The position numbers and the translations under genes were made by a program. From Desulfosudaceae bacterium (GTDB lineage Bacteria; Desulfobacterota; Desulfobacteria; Desulfobacterales; Desulfosudaceae): a stretch of 64,000 nucleotides of DNA. Below the pieces are notes generated by a model, which worked only from the letters and a program-made list of their open reading frames with translations, was not told the DNA's origin and ran no database searches. Shown here piece by piece: positions 1 to 9,099 of the stretch (position 1 is its first letter; each line of letters starts with the position of its first letter). The stretch covers positions 1,184,001-1,248,000 of the forward strand of contig CAXXDV010000003.1 of NCBI GenBank assembly GCA_963674745.2, written 5' to 3'.

Positions 1-121
1 CATCAGGTGAGCACATAGGCGCATCATACTCAGAAATAAGGAAGCCCGGGCTATACGGACCAGCACAGCCAAACAACATCAGAACACTGATCAATGTGAC
101 AAGAATACCTAATTTTTTCAT
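1..121 (-). CDS. Lipoprotein, 5' part only (runs off the window); resembles TRL-like family
   Basis: Manual translation from ATG at 121: MKKLGILVTLISVLMLFGCAGPYSPGFLISEYDAPMCSPD; lipobox-like LFGC; AAGGAG RBS upstream. Not in the ORF track because it is truncated. Confidence 0.7.
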   Translation of the reverse strand, partial: MKKLGILVTLISVLMLFGCAGPYSPGFLISEYDAPMCSPD

Positions 122-400
122 AAATGATCTCCTTTAATTAAAGCCCCACTTAAATTAATATGAATGTACATGGCACAGCACCATGTATTATCATTTTGTT
201 TGCGAATGAAAAGTCGATCAGTCCAGCCTCTTTAACCATAGTAGCAGATTGAGACCATATGCGTTTTGAAGTTAAGTGATGAATTGAATAAATAATATAT
301 TGTAATACCGGGTTTAAGTCAATATGTTTTTGGCCATCCAATGAGCCATATTTTTCCTGTCGCAGGCGGGTAAATTCTTTGACAGGTAATCCCCAATATT

Positions 401-458
401 GTAGGGGCAGGCCCCCGTGCCTGCCCGGTGAAGGGCAACCACAGGGGGTTGCCCCTAC
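401..458 (+). repeat. GTAG-type REP doublet (REPIN), single copy
   Basis: GTAGGGGCAGGCCCCCGTGCCTGCCCGGTGAAGGGCAACCACAGGGGGTTGCCCCTAC: two inverted GTAG-hairpin units. Confidence 0.9.
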
Positions 459-566
459 AATTAAAATATGATTTATAAAAACCTGACCTTCTTCTCAAAC
501 AACCGGTAAGCGTTTAAAATCAATTTAAATCCGAAAGGTTATCAGCGGCAAGGCACAAAAAAAACA

Positions 567-595
567 TTGACAGACCTGGATTCTTTGGTCATGAT
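567..595 (+). promoter_or_regulatory. Putative sigma70 promoter of the first porin gene
   Basis: TTGACA-17 nt-CATGAT, about 80 nt upstream of the GGAGG RBS and start codon. Confidence 0.5.
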
Positions 596-671
596 ATCCG
601 GAAATCTAATGGGTAAGGGGTTCCACGTAATTTTTTAAGTTGGTTTTTTATTAATTTAAAGGAGGGAGGAC

Positions 672-2040
672 GTGATGAGAAGAGGGGTATTAATTGTATT
701 ATTGCTGTTATTGGCCATGCCGGTTTACGCCCTGAACATACCGATGGCAGCGGATTCGGATGTGAAGTTTGATATCGGTGGTGATGTCCGGTTACGGTAT
801 TATGATTTTGAAAATTTTTGGGATTTCAATGATGATACCCGTTTTGATGATTTTGAAACCTTTCGTCTTCGGACCCGCATTTATACCAAGGTCTCTTTGA
901 CGGACAATGTTTCCGGGTTTGTCCGGCTGGGTAACCAGACTTATGGCGAAAACATCGGAAGCACCGGAAAGAACAATGATGACAATGTGTTTGTGGACAA
1001 TGCCTACATTGATGTCCAGAATTTCTTCGGTCTTCCCCTGTCCCTGCGGGTCGGTCGTCAGAACCTGATGTATGGTACCGGGTTCGTGCTGTTTGACGGC
1101 GAGTCTGAAGCCGCTTCCACGACCATTTTTTTTGACGCTGTCAAGCTGTCCTTGAAAGTTTCCGACAACCTTAAAGTGGATGCCCTGTATGCCGTTGATG
1201 AAGAAAACAGCCGGGCCGAGAATCCTTCGGATGACGTCTACCTGACCGGTACTTACATTACTGCCAATTGCCCGGTAATGGGCGGTCAGCAGGAAATATA
1301 CGCCTTAAACCGGGTTGACAGAGGAATCGACAAGGATATCTGGATGTATGGTGCCCGTCTGTCCAACAAGTTCGACTTCGGCCTGGACTATTCCGCTGAA
1401 TATGCCGTTCAGAGAGGCAATGCCTTCCGTGACGCTTCCGGCGTAAAGATGGACCAGGAAGCCCGCGGCTGCAAGCTGGAACTGGGCTACAATGTGCCCA
1501 TCGAGTCCAAAGACTTCTCTCTGCGTCCGTTTATTGGTTATGTTCTCATGAGCGGGGACAAGGACCATATGGACAATGAGTTTGAAGGCTGGGATGTGTT
1601 CTACGGCGGATGGCCGCAGATCGGTACCGGCGGATGGCCGCAGGTCGGCGACCTTCTGGCCTGGGTATCCATCAACATTCCGCCGAACATGAGCCCGAAT
1701 TATTTTAATGGCAACACGGTAATCGGAGAAGCCAATTATTCCAACCTGGAAATTGCCTCGATTGGCGCTCAGGTCGGTATCAAAAAGGTAAAGGCCAACA
1801 TTGTCTATTCACAGCTCAAATTTAATGAGAAAAAATTCTGCAAATTATGCGCCTAATTTAGTACCTTTTGAGGATGATGACGATTACGGCGATTATTATC
1901 AGCTGCAGTTGTCTTATCCCTACACAAAAGCGCTGACTTTTTCTTTGTATGCGGCCGCCATCGAGCCGGGTGATGCTTTCCCTGACTCCAATGATGACAT
2001 GGCCCACGAATTGTTTTTCGAGACGAACCTGGCTTTCTAA
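672..2040 (+). CDS. Alginate-export-family-like outer-membrane beta-barrel protein, frameshifted at A6 run 1830-1835
   Basis: Signal peptide, GGDVRLRY first strand, LRVGRQ motif. Removing one A joins ORF 672..1856 to the 1801..2040 frame, which ends ...ELFFETNLAF (C-terminal Phe). Confidence 0.8.
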
Positions 2041-2069
2041 GTTTTACCGGTTCGTAAAGACCTGTTAAT

Positions 2070-2118
2070 AAAAACCGGAGATGATTCCTTTTTATCGGGA
2101 ATTGTCTCCGGTTTTTTT
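2070..2118 (+). terminator. Intrinsic (probably bidirectional) terminator
   Basis: AAAAACCGGAGA...TCTCCGGTTTTTTT hairpin 30 nt after the porin stop. Confidence 0.75.
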
Positions 2119-2119
2119 A

Positions 2120-2500
2120 TTTAAGTTTTAAGGTTTTAGAGTTTTAAGGTTTTAGGGTTTTGGTTCTGTGCTTAAGTGGTTATGTGATTATGTGGATGGG
2201 GTTTGAGGTGGGATTTAGCCCGCTTCGCGGGGGGATGATCGGAGACGGGGTTCGAGGTTCGGGGTTCGAGGCTCGAGGTTCGGGGTTCGGGTTCGGCGAT
2301 TAACCCGGATATTTCTCTGTAGGGGCAACCCCCTGTGGTTGCCCTTCACCTGGGCAGGCACGGGGGCCTGCCCCTACATTGTTCAGGAACATTCGCCACA
2401 TTCAGGAACATTCGCCACATTCACGGACATTCGCCCGGCCCGTAGGGGCAACCCCCTGTGGTTGTCCTTCACCAGGGCGGCCACAGCGGGTCGTCCCTAC
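2120..2500. repeat. Composite repeat: TTTTAAGG/GATTATGT/TTCGAGG microsatellites, then two REP doublets (2319-2377, 2442-2500) separated by a 19-bp TTCAGGAACATTCGCCACA repeat
   Basis: Read directly; 2170-2377 is visibly homologous to 5105-5284. Confidence 0.8.
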
Positions 2501-2527
2501 ACATTACCGGGCAGGTTGTTAAACAAT

Positions 2528-2562
2528 AAAAAAGCGGGACAGCCTTTGGGCCGGCCCGCTTT
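2528..2562 (-). terminator. Intrinsic terminator of the minus-strand porin
   Basis: AAAAAAGCGGG...CCCGCTTT hairpin, poly-U on the minus strand, about 20 nt past the stop at 2585. Confidence 0.65.
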
Positions 2563-2584
2563 GATTAAAACCGCTTGTTTGTAA

Positions 2585-3902
2585 TTAGAACTTCAGGATG
2601 GCGTCAAGTTGAACGCGGTCTTCATCTTTCCGGCCGTCCTTGTCTTCGTCTTCACGTTCGGTGAAAAAAACCCGTGGCATTCAGGTAAACATTGTCCGCC
2701 AGGAAATAGCGGATTTCGGCTTTATGCCCCCTGTTGTTGGTACCGCCGCCGTGAAAATCCGAATCCACGAACACGGCCGGGAAAGCATAGTCTTCCAGTT
2801 CCTGGTAGAGATATTTAACGTACAGGTCGCCTTTTTTCTTCTTGTTACCCGCGTCAAATCCGATCTGCCAGCCGGTGTCCCGATCATCACCGCCGTAAAC
2901 CAGCAGGTCGGCCGGATCGCTGTCACCCGGGTCAACACCGTCCTGAGTCAGATCATCGATATCCTGGTCGAGGTTCTTGATATAAGAGCCGAACAGGGAC
3001 ACGGGGACGGGCAGGATGCCTTTCATTTTGAGTTTGAAACCCAGCTCAAGGCAGGCAAATTCATTCAGCAGGTCGCCCTGGCTGTCAAAGATCATCTGCT
3101 GGCCGTATTTGTTGTTATAGCCGAGGAATTCCGTTTTATCACTCAGGATGCCGTTGTCCCACTGCATGTCATCCAGGTGGGTAAAGTCATAATACGTTGC
3201 GGCAGCGGTCAGGCTGACACCTTCAGCCAGGTCCATGACACCACCGGCCTGCCAGGTCGTCATGGCGGGATCCGTGTTGAAATCGTCCTTGGCGTCGAAT
3301 TCTTCGATCATCCACTGGCCCAGGTTGACGAACAGAGCCGTGTTTTCGTTTATTTTAAAGTTAAAAGATTCGGTGACACCTTCCGGGTTTACATCCGAGT
3401 CCCAGACCAGCGAGGAGGTGAACAGGGGGTTGGCCTGTTTTCCGGCCACGATGTTCATATTGTCGGTTGCCTTCCATTTGGCGTAAGCCTTGTCGATAAA
3501 GATGTTTTTTCCCCGGGCATGGCCGTCAAAACTCTGGTTGGTGGTGTTCTGGTAGCCGGAACCCGAGGCCAGTTGCAGGCCCACTTCTGTGGTTTCGGAG
3601 GTTTTGGCGGTCATTTTGAACCGGAGACGAAACCGTTCCCGGTTGCGGTGATAGTTTTCCCCGCCTTCATCCCGCCACTGGGTGTCATGGCGCAGCCGCA
3701 GGTCGCCGCCCAGTTTAATTTTTTCAACCCAGGGGGGCATCATTGACGTCTCCAGTTCCCGGGCTTCTTCCGCCGTCAGGATGTTTTTTTCCACCAGTTT
3801 GTCGATGAGTTGGTTACCGTCGCCGGCAAAAACCATACCGGCAGACAGAAACGTGATCGCCAGCGTCAGAACCCCGGTTCGGATCAAGTTTGATTTTTTC
3901 AT
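2585..3902 (-). CDS. Putative porin (beta-barrel), frameshifted at T7 run 2664-2670
   Basis: Signal peptide, LIDKLVEKNILTAEEA N-terminal helix, GGDLRLR and RERFRLR strands. Removing one T extends the ORF to ...DEDRVQLDAILKF* (stop 2585-2587). GGAG RBS favours the ATG at 3902. Confidence 0.8.
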
Positions 3903-4277
3903 TTTTTTCTCCATGTTCTTGTTTTGGTTTAATTGGATTATTATTAAGAATTGGTTGGTCGTAATTAAAATTATTCTTAATAAATATCCCCCTCATCATA
4001 TATATTCAAATAATGTTTGAGTTTTGGTTTTTATAAAATACTTAATATACAGTCGCATTATTCAATATCTTTAAAATATATCTGGGTTCTGTTTTTCTTG
4101 TGTTAGTGCGAGATTAAGATTTAAATATTAGGAAAATATTAGGGAAAGATAAAAAGTTTGTAAGGGGTGAAAAAGTGATCTGGCGGCACGACATGTTTTT
4201 ATGTTGATCAAGCCGCATGGTGAATGTTAGATAAAATATTCCTTGTTTGATGGTAACTTGTTAAGGGTCTGCCGGCA

Positions 4278-4942
4278 TTGAAATCAAAAAATACTGAAAC
4301 ATCAACCGTTCTGATTCTCCGGGAAGCCACTTCCACCCGTCCGGTTATCCGGGTGGTGGATCATGACGGCGTTGAGGCGGTGGTCAAGGATTTCAGCCGG
4401 AACGGTTTTTTTTTACAGAAACATTGTCGGCCGATTCCTGTTATGGCGGGAAGTCAAGGCCTACCGGCAGTTGTCGGATCTGGAAGGGGTACCGCGGCTG
4501 CTGCAAGTCGTCCGGGGCAGGTCACTGATGGTAGAAGCGGTTTCCGGCACTGACCTGAAAGAGGCCGGTCTGCAGAAAAAACTCACCCCCGGTTTTTTTG
4601 AAAGTTTGAAAGACCTGGTCAACGAAGTCCATGAACGGGGCGTGGCCCATTGTGACTTAAAAGCGTCGGGAAACGTGCTGGTCAGCGGAGACGGCCGGCC
4701 GTTTGTCATTGACTGGGGCGCATCCATCTCCCGGACCGAGTTCCGGTTTTTCCCGCTGACCATGATTTTTGACCGCTTTGTGGTGGACGATTACCGGGCC
4801 ATTACCAAATTCAAATTGCGATACCTGCCGGAATCCGTTGGTGAACAAGAAAAAAACGCAGTATGAGCATCGCAGTTGGGCGGAAAAGTCCATCCGGGCC
4901 ATTCGTGACAGGCTTCGGAAATTTCTCCAGGCGATAGCATAG
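4278..4942 (+). CDS. RIO1/Kdo-like protein-kinase-fold enzyme with two frameshifts (T9 at 4406-4414, A7 at 4850-4856)
   Basis: AVVKDF, REVKAY, HCDLK..N and IDWG motifs are split over three frames; removing one base from each run gives a continuous ORF ending ...LRKFLQAIA*. Confidence 0.75.
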
Positions 4943-5015
4943 CTCAGGCCTCGATCGACCCTCTTTAAAATAAGTGCTGCTGATACTGGCACCGCTTACA
5001 ACATTGCATAAGTTG

Positions 5016-5411
5016 AAAGTTTTAAGTGATTATGTGTTTAAGTGATTATGTGATTATGTGATTATGTGATTATGTGATTATGTGATTAAGTGATTATGTG
5101 GTTAAGTGATTATGTGATTATGTGGTTAAGTGGGCGGGGCTTGAGGTAAGAATTTAGCCCGCTTCGCGGGGGTGATTTCGAGGTTCGGGGTTTGAGGTTT
5201 AGGGGGATTCGTCCGGATATTTCACTGTAGGGGCACCCCCCTGTGGGTGCCCATCACCGGGCAGGCACGGGGGCCTGCCCCTACAGGTTAACCACCAAAA
5301 ATTTTAAAAACCTTAACATGCTAAAACCCTCGAACCTATCCACGGTAACCGGGCATGCTTGTGATCACATAAACACTTAACCACCTAAACACATAATCAC
5401 CTAAAAACTTT
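5016..5411. repeat. Composite element: (GATTATGT)n microsatellite, hairpin, REP doublet (5227-5284), inverted copy of the microsatellite arm
   Basis: About 14 imperfect 8-mer units at 5021-5131; 5364-5411 is the approximate reverse complement of 5016-5062. Confidence 0.8.
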
Positions 5412-5463
5412 AAAACCAAAAATCGCCCGATAGCCTGGATTTTAATTACCCGCAGGGAGGGGC

Positions 5464-5901
5464 TCACTCCTTCACCGATTTTCCCATATAATCATCCAGG
5501 GCCCGTTTGACGGTTTCCGCGGAAAGAAAGGCGCAGTGCTCATGATCTTTGGGCAGCCCGTCCACAATATCCAGGATCATGTCCCCGTTGAAATCGGCCA
5601 GTTCCTCGGGACTTTTGCCGTTGGCCAGTTCGGCGGCATAAGAACCGCAGACCACACTTGGCCCGCAGCCGTCTGTCATGAATGACGCGGCCACCACCCG
5701 GCCGTTTTCAAATTTTAGAAAAATTTCCATGGTATCGCCGCATGTTCCGGTCAGTTTGGCGTAACCGTCAGGCATATCAATCCGCCCCATGAATTTCGGT
5801 TCCCGCCAGCGTTTGTAGGCTATCTCACCGAATTCCTGGCGGGTTTCATTATATATTTCATCCTGGAGCTGATTTACAAAATCATCAAGTTCACTGTTCA
5901 T
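5464..5901 (-). CDS. NifU-N/IscU-like Fe-S cluster scaffold protein
   Basis: GTCGDTM, TDGCG and HEHCA: the three conserved scaffold cysteines. Confidence 0.85.
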   Translation of the reverse strand: MNSELDDFVNQLQDEIYNETRQEFGEIAYKRWREPKFMGRIDMPDGYAKLTGTCGDTMEIFLKFENGRVVAASFMTDGCGPSVVCGSYAAELANGKSPEELADFNGDMILDIVDGLPKDHEHCAFLSAETVKRALDDYMGKSVKE

Positions 5902-6169
5902 TATTTTACCTTTCCAATTCTTCTAATAAAACATATTTTTGATCAAATAACAAATGGTTAGATGATTCATAACTATTAAGCCGTGGCATGAAAAGGCTCA
6001 CGTGAAACACTAAAGACGAACCTCTTTAAACGCTAAAACGCTAAAACCTTAAACTTTCTTTCCTTATCGGTCCGGTTCGGACTGAACTCCGATTGTGACG
6101 CCGACGATGACCGGAATATCTATTTTGATCCTGTTTGTATTATTTTATTCGGGTTGTCAACTCGCAGCC

Positions 6170-6207
6170 TTGAAAAAATGGAAAAAAACTGCTAGATTCT
6201 AAAGAAT
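6170..6207 (+). promoter_or_regulatory. Putative promoter of the tolC-MFP-RND operon with overlapping palindrome
   Basis: TTGAAA-17 nt-TAGATT with extended -10 TG; ATTCT-AA-AGAAT dyad at 6196-6207. Confidence 0.5.
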
Positions 6208-6288
6208 ATGCTAAAAAAATACTTTTTGGGGGGATTGTCAACTTTTGTAAAAATATTCCCGGTTCCAGTCAACAATCGGAGTGAAAAA

Positions 6289-7677
6289 ATGAACAGAACA
6301 TTTCGTAAAGGGTTGTTCCTTGCGGCCTGCATGTGCCTTGCGGTTACGGTTTACGCCGAAACGCCCGGGCCGCAGGCGGTCAGCCTGACCCTGTCAGAAG
6401 CGATGCAGATCGCAGCAAAGGAAAATCCGGAAGTCCTGGCTGCCGGATTCAAGGTTGAATCTTCGGAAGCCGGCCTTGCGCAGGCAAAATCCGGATTTAT
6501 GCCTCGGGTTGATTTCATGGAAACCTACAACCGGACCACCAACCCCATGTGGGTGTTCGGTGCCAGGCTCAACCAGGAAAGCATCACCACCATGGATTTT
6601 AATCCTGACCGGCTCAATGATCCGGATGCCCATGATAATTTTACATCCACTCTGGCCGTGTCCTGGCCTGTTTTTACCGGTGGAAAGATATATAACCGCT
6701 TCAAGCAGGCCGAGACCAATGCCGAGGCCGATCAGCTTTTGTTCCAGCGGACCCGGCAGGCGGTTATGGCCCGGGCGGCCATGGCTTATGTGGGAATGAT
6801 GCTGGCCGGTGAACACCTGAAAGTCATTAACCAGTCGATTACCTCGGCCGAGGCAAATTATAAAATAGTCAAATCGGCCTTTGGCAGCGGCCTGTCTGTA
6901 AAAAGCGATCTGCTTCGTTCCCAGGTCACGCTGGCCGACCTGGAACAGCAGCGGCTGCAGGCGGAAAGTATGGTCAAAACAGCCGGGGCCGGTTTGAACG
7001 CCGCCATGGGCAGGGCAGTCGAAACGCCGTTGATTTTAACGTCATCTTTTGAAAAATGCTGTAAACTGTCGGGTGATATCGATCACTGGACACAAATCGC
7101 GTTGACCCATCGATCTGACCTTAAGCGGTTGCAATGTATGGAAAAAATAGCCGAACAGGGCGTTACCGTCTCCAAAGCGGATCACTATCCCAGCCTGCGA
7201 CTGGTCGGGTCTTATGATGTTAATACCGAAGATTTTGATGATACGGCCAACAGCTATACGGTCGGGGCCGTGATGAGCGTCAATCTTTTCAATGGCCTGG
7301 GCACCTCATCCGGTGTCAGGAGCGCCAGGGCCGACCTGAACAGTGTGCGGCAGATGATCAAAAAAATGGAACTGGGTGTCCGGGTGGAAGTTCAAAGCGC
7401 TTTTTTAGAAGCGCAAAGCGCTTTAAAACGAATAGACGTGGCCCGGGCCGCCCTCGACCAGGCGGAAGAAGGATTGCGGATCGTAAAAAACCGTTATGAA
7501 AATGGACTATTAACCATTGTCGGGCTGCTGGACGCGGAACTGGCCAATCGGCAGGCAAAAATGAGTTATTTCAAAGCGCTTCACGATTTCAAGACCGCCA
7601 TGGTCAAGCTGGAGCTGGCGGCGGGTATTATCAGCGAAACATCCGCTTATGATGATGAGGCGGTTGTTCATAAATAA
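6289..7677 (+). CDS. TolC-family outer-membrane efflux protein
   Basis: Signal peptide, LTLSEAMQIAAKENP, two OEP-like repeats, RYENGL motif; start placed at ATG 6289 after GGAG. Confidence 0.9.
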   Translation: MNRTFRKGLFLAACMCLAVTVYAETPGPQAVSLTLSEAMQIAAKENPEVLAAGFKVESSEAGLAQAKSGFMPRVDFMETYNRTTNPMWVFGARLNQESITTMDFNPDRLNDPDAHDNFTSTLAVSWPVFTGGKIYNRFKQAETNAEADQLLFQRTRQAVMARAAMAYVGMMLAGEHLKVINQSITSAEANYKIVKSAFGSGLSVKSDLLRSQVTLADLEQQRLQAESMVKTAGAGLNAAMGRAVETPLILTSSFEKCCKLSGDIDHWTQIALTHRSDLKRLQCMEKIAEQGVTVSKADHYPSLRLVGSYDVNTEDFDDTANSYTVGAVMSVNLFNGLGTSSGVRSARADLNSVRQMIKKMELGVRVEVQSAFLEAQSALKRIDVARAALDQAEEGLRIVKNRYENGLLTIVGLLDAELANRQAKMSYFKALHDFKTAMVKLELAAGIISETSAYDDEAVVHK

Positions 7678-7678
7678 T

Positions 7679-7842
7679 GTAGGGGCAGGCCCCCGTGCCT
7701 GCCCGGTGAAGGGCAACCACAGGGGGTTGCCCCTACGGGCCGGGGAGAGCGTCTATGAAATCGCGGAGGGCGTTCATAAATAATGTAGGGGCAGGCCCCC
7801 GTGCCTGCCCGGTGAAGGGCAACCACAGGGGGTTGCCCCTAC
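7679..7842 (+). repeat. Two tandem REP doublets (period 106 bp) inside the efflux operon
   Basis: Copies at 7679-7736 and 7785-7842 with a 48-bp linker. Confidence 0.9.
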
Positions 7843-7932
7843 GGGCCGGGGAACATGCAGGGCAAATGTAATAACATTCGACGATATTAATGTCGGCATA
7901 TTCACCACAGATATATACCGGGAGGTATTACC

Positions 7933-9099
7933 ATGCGGCAAAGAACATTTTTTTATATCCTGAGTTTCATGTTCGTTATCACGGCCTCTGGCTGCAGCGA
8001 TAAAATTGAACCGGGCACCACGCCGAACGACGTTACAAAAACCGTTAAAGCGCAGGTGGCTGTGGCGTCAACAAACGCCCGGCAGTTCTTTTATGAAGCT
8101 GTGGGAACCGTCGGTGCCCGGACGACCAGTACGCTTTCCAGCAAAATCATGGGCGTCGTCAAGGCGATCCATGTGCGGGAAGGGGACCTGGTTGAAAAGG
8201 ATGACCTGCTGGTGGAACTTGACGATCGCCAGCCCACGGCCCAATTACAACAGGCTGAGGCTGCCCTTGCCGAAGCCAGGCGCGCGCTTGAATCGGCAAA
8301 ATCGGCCAGGGACGCGGCCGAGGCCGGCGCCGATCTGGCCCGGGCGACCCATGACCGGTACAGCAAACTCCTGGAAGAAGAATCGGTCAGCCGGCAGGAA
8401 TATGACGAAGTGGATGCCCGCTATCGCAAGGCAAATGCTTCCTTTGTCCAGTCCGATGCCATGGTGGAAGCGGCCGGAAACCGGGTCGAGCAGGCCGAGG
8501 CCGGCGTAGCGTCCGCCCGGTCCATGTTCAAGGACGCTACCATCCGGGCTCCCTACCAGGGAACGGTAACGGCCAAAATGGTCGACGTGGGGGACATGGC
8601 TTCACCCGGAACGCCGTTACTGACCCTGGAACAGAAAGGTGTTTTCTGTGTCTCGCTGGTGGTGCCGGAAATCCATATCCGCACCGTGGCCCTGGGCGAC
8701 CAGGTGAGTGTGACCATTCCCTCCATGGAAGAACTGGTTGTTCAGGGAAAGATCGGCCGTATCGATCCGGCAGCGGATCAGCAGAGCCGGTCATTTATCG
8801 TTAAAGTCGCCCTTCCGGACGGGTATGACTTCCGTTCCGGTATATTCGCCCGCGTGGCCCTGCCGATCGGTGAAGCCGGTATGCTGCGGGTCCCGAAGAC
8901 CGCCCTGATTTACCGGGGGCAGTTGACCGGTTACTACATGGTGGACGATAACGATATCGCCCGTTTTCGCCTGCTCCGCACCGGAAGGGCCTTCGGCGAA
9001 TCGGTTGAAGTGCTGTCCGGCATGAAAGACGGCGACCGGTATGTGGTAATGCCGCCGCCGGATATGGAAGACGGCGCCAAAGTGGAGGTGGTCTCATGA
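7933..9099 (+). CDS. RND efflux membrane-fusion (periplasmic adaptor) lipoprotein
   Basis: Lipobox ASGC, lipoyl halves ([16 protein letters not shown]), coiled-coil hairpin. Confidence 0.9.
   Translation: MRQRTFFYILSFMFVITASGCSDKIEPGTTPNDVTKTVKAQVAVASTNARQFFYEAVGTVGARTTSTLSSKIMGVVKAIHVREGDLVEKDDLLVELDDRQPTAQLQQAEAALAEARRALESAKSARDAAEAGADLARATHDRYSKLLEEESVSRQEYDEVDARYRKANASFVQSDAMVEAAGNRVEQAEAGVASARSMFKDATIRAPYQGTVTAKMVDVGDMASPGTPLLTLEQKGVFCVSLVVPEIHIRTVALGDQVSVTIPSMEELVVQGKIGRIDPAADQQSRSFIVKVALPDGYDFRSGIFARVALPIGEAGMLRVPKTALIYRGQLTGYYMVDDNDIARFRLLRTGRAFGESVEVLSGMKDGDRYVVMPPPDMEDGAKVEVVS

Noticed and set aside
150..341. 63-aa ORF, and AT-rich ORFs at 3682..4020 and 3814..3999
   Set aside because: They lie in AT-rich promoter regions or overlap real gene starts, with no RBS or homology cues.
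2640..3746. 368-aa plus-strand ORF, and other long antisense ORFs such as 10428..11519 and 30354..31022
   Set aside because: They are shadow frames opposite well-supported genes and show no recognisable motifs.
672..4942. Calling the two porins and the kinase true pseudogenes
   Set aside because: Each lesion is a single extra base in a homopolymer with no other decay, so sequencing error is at least as likely.
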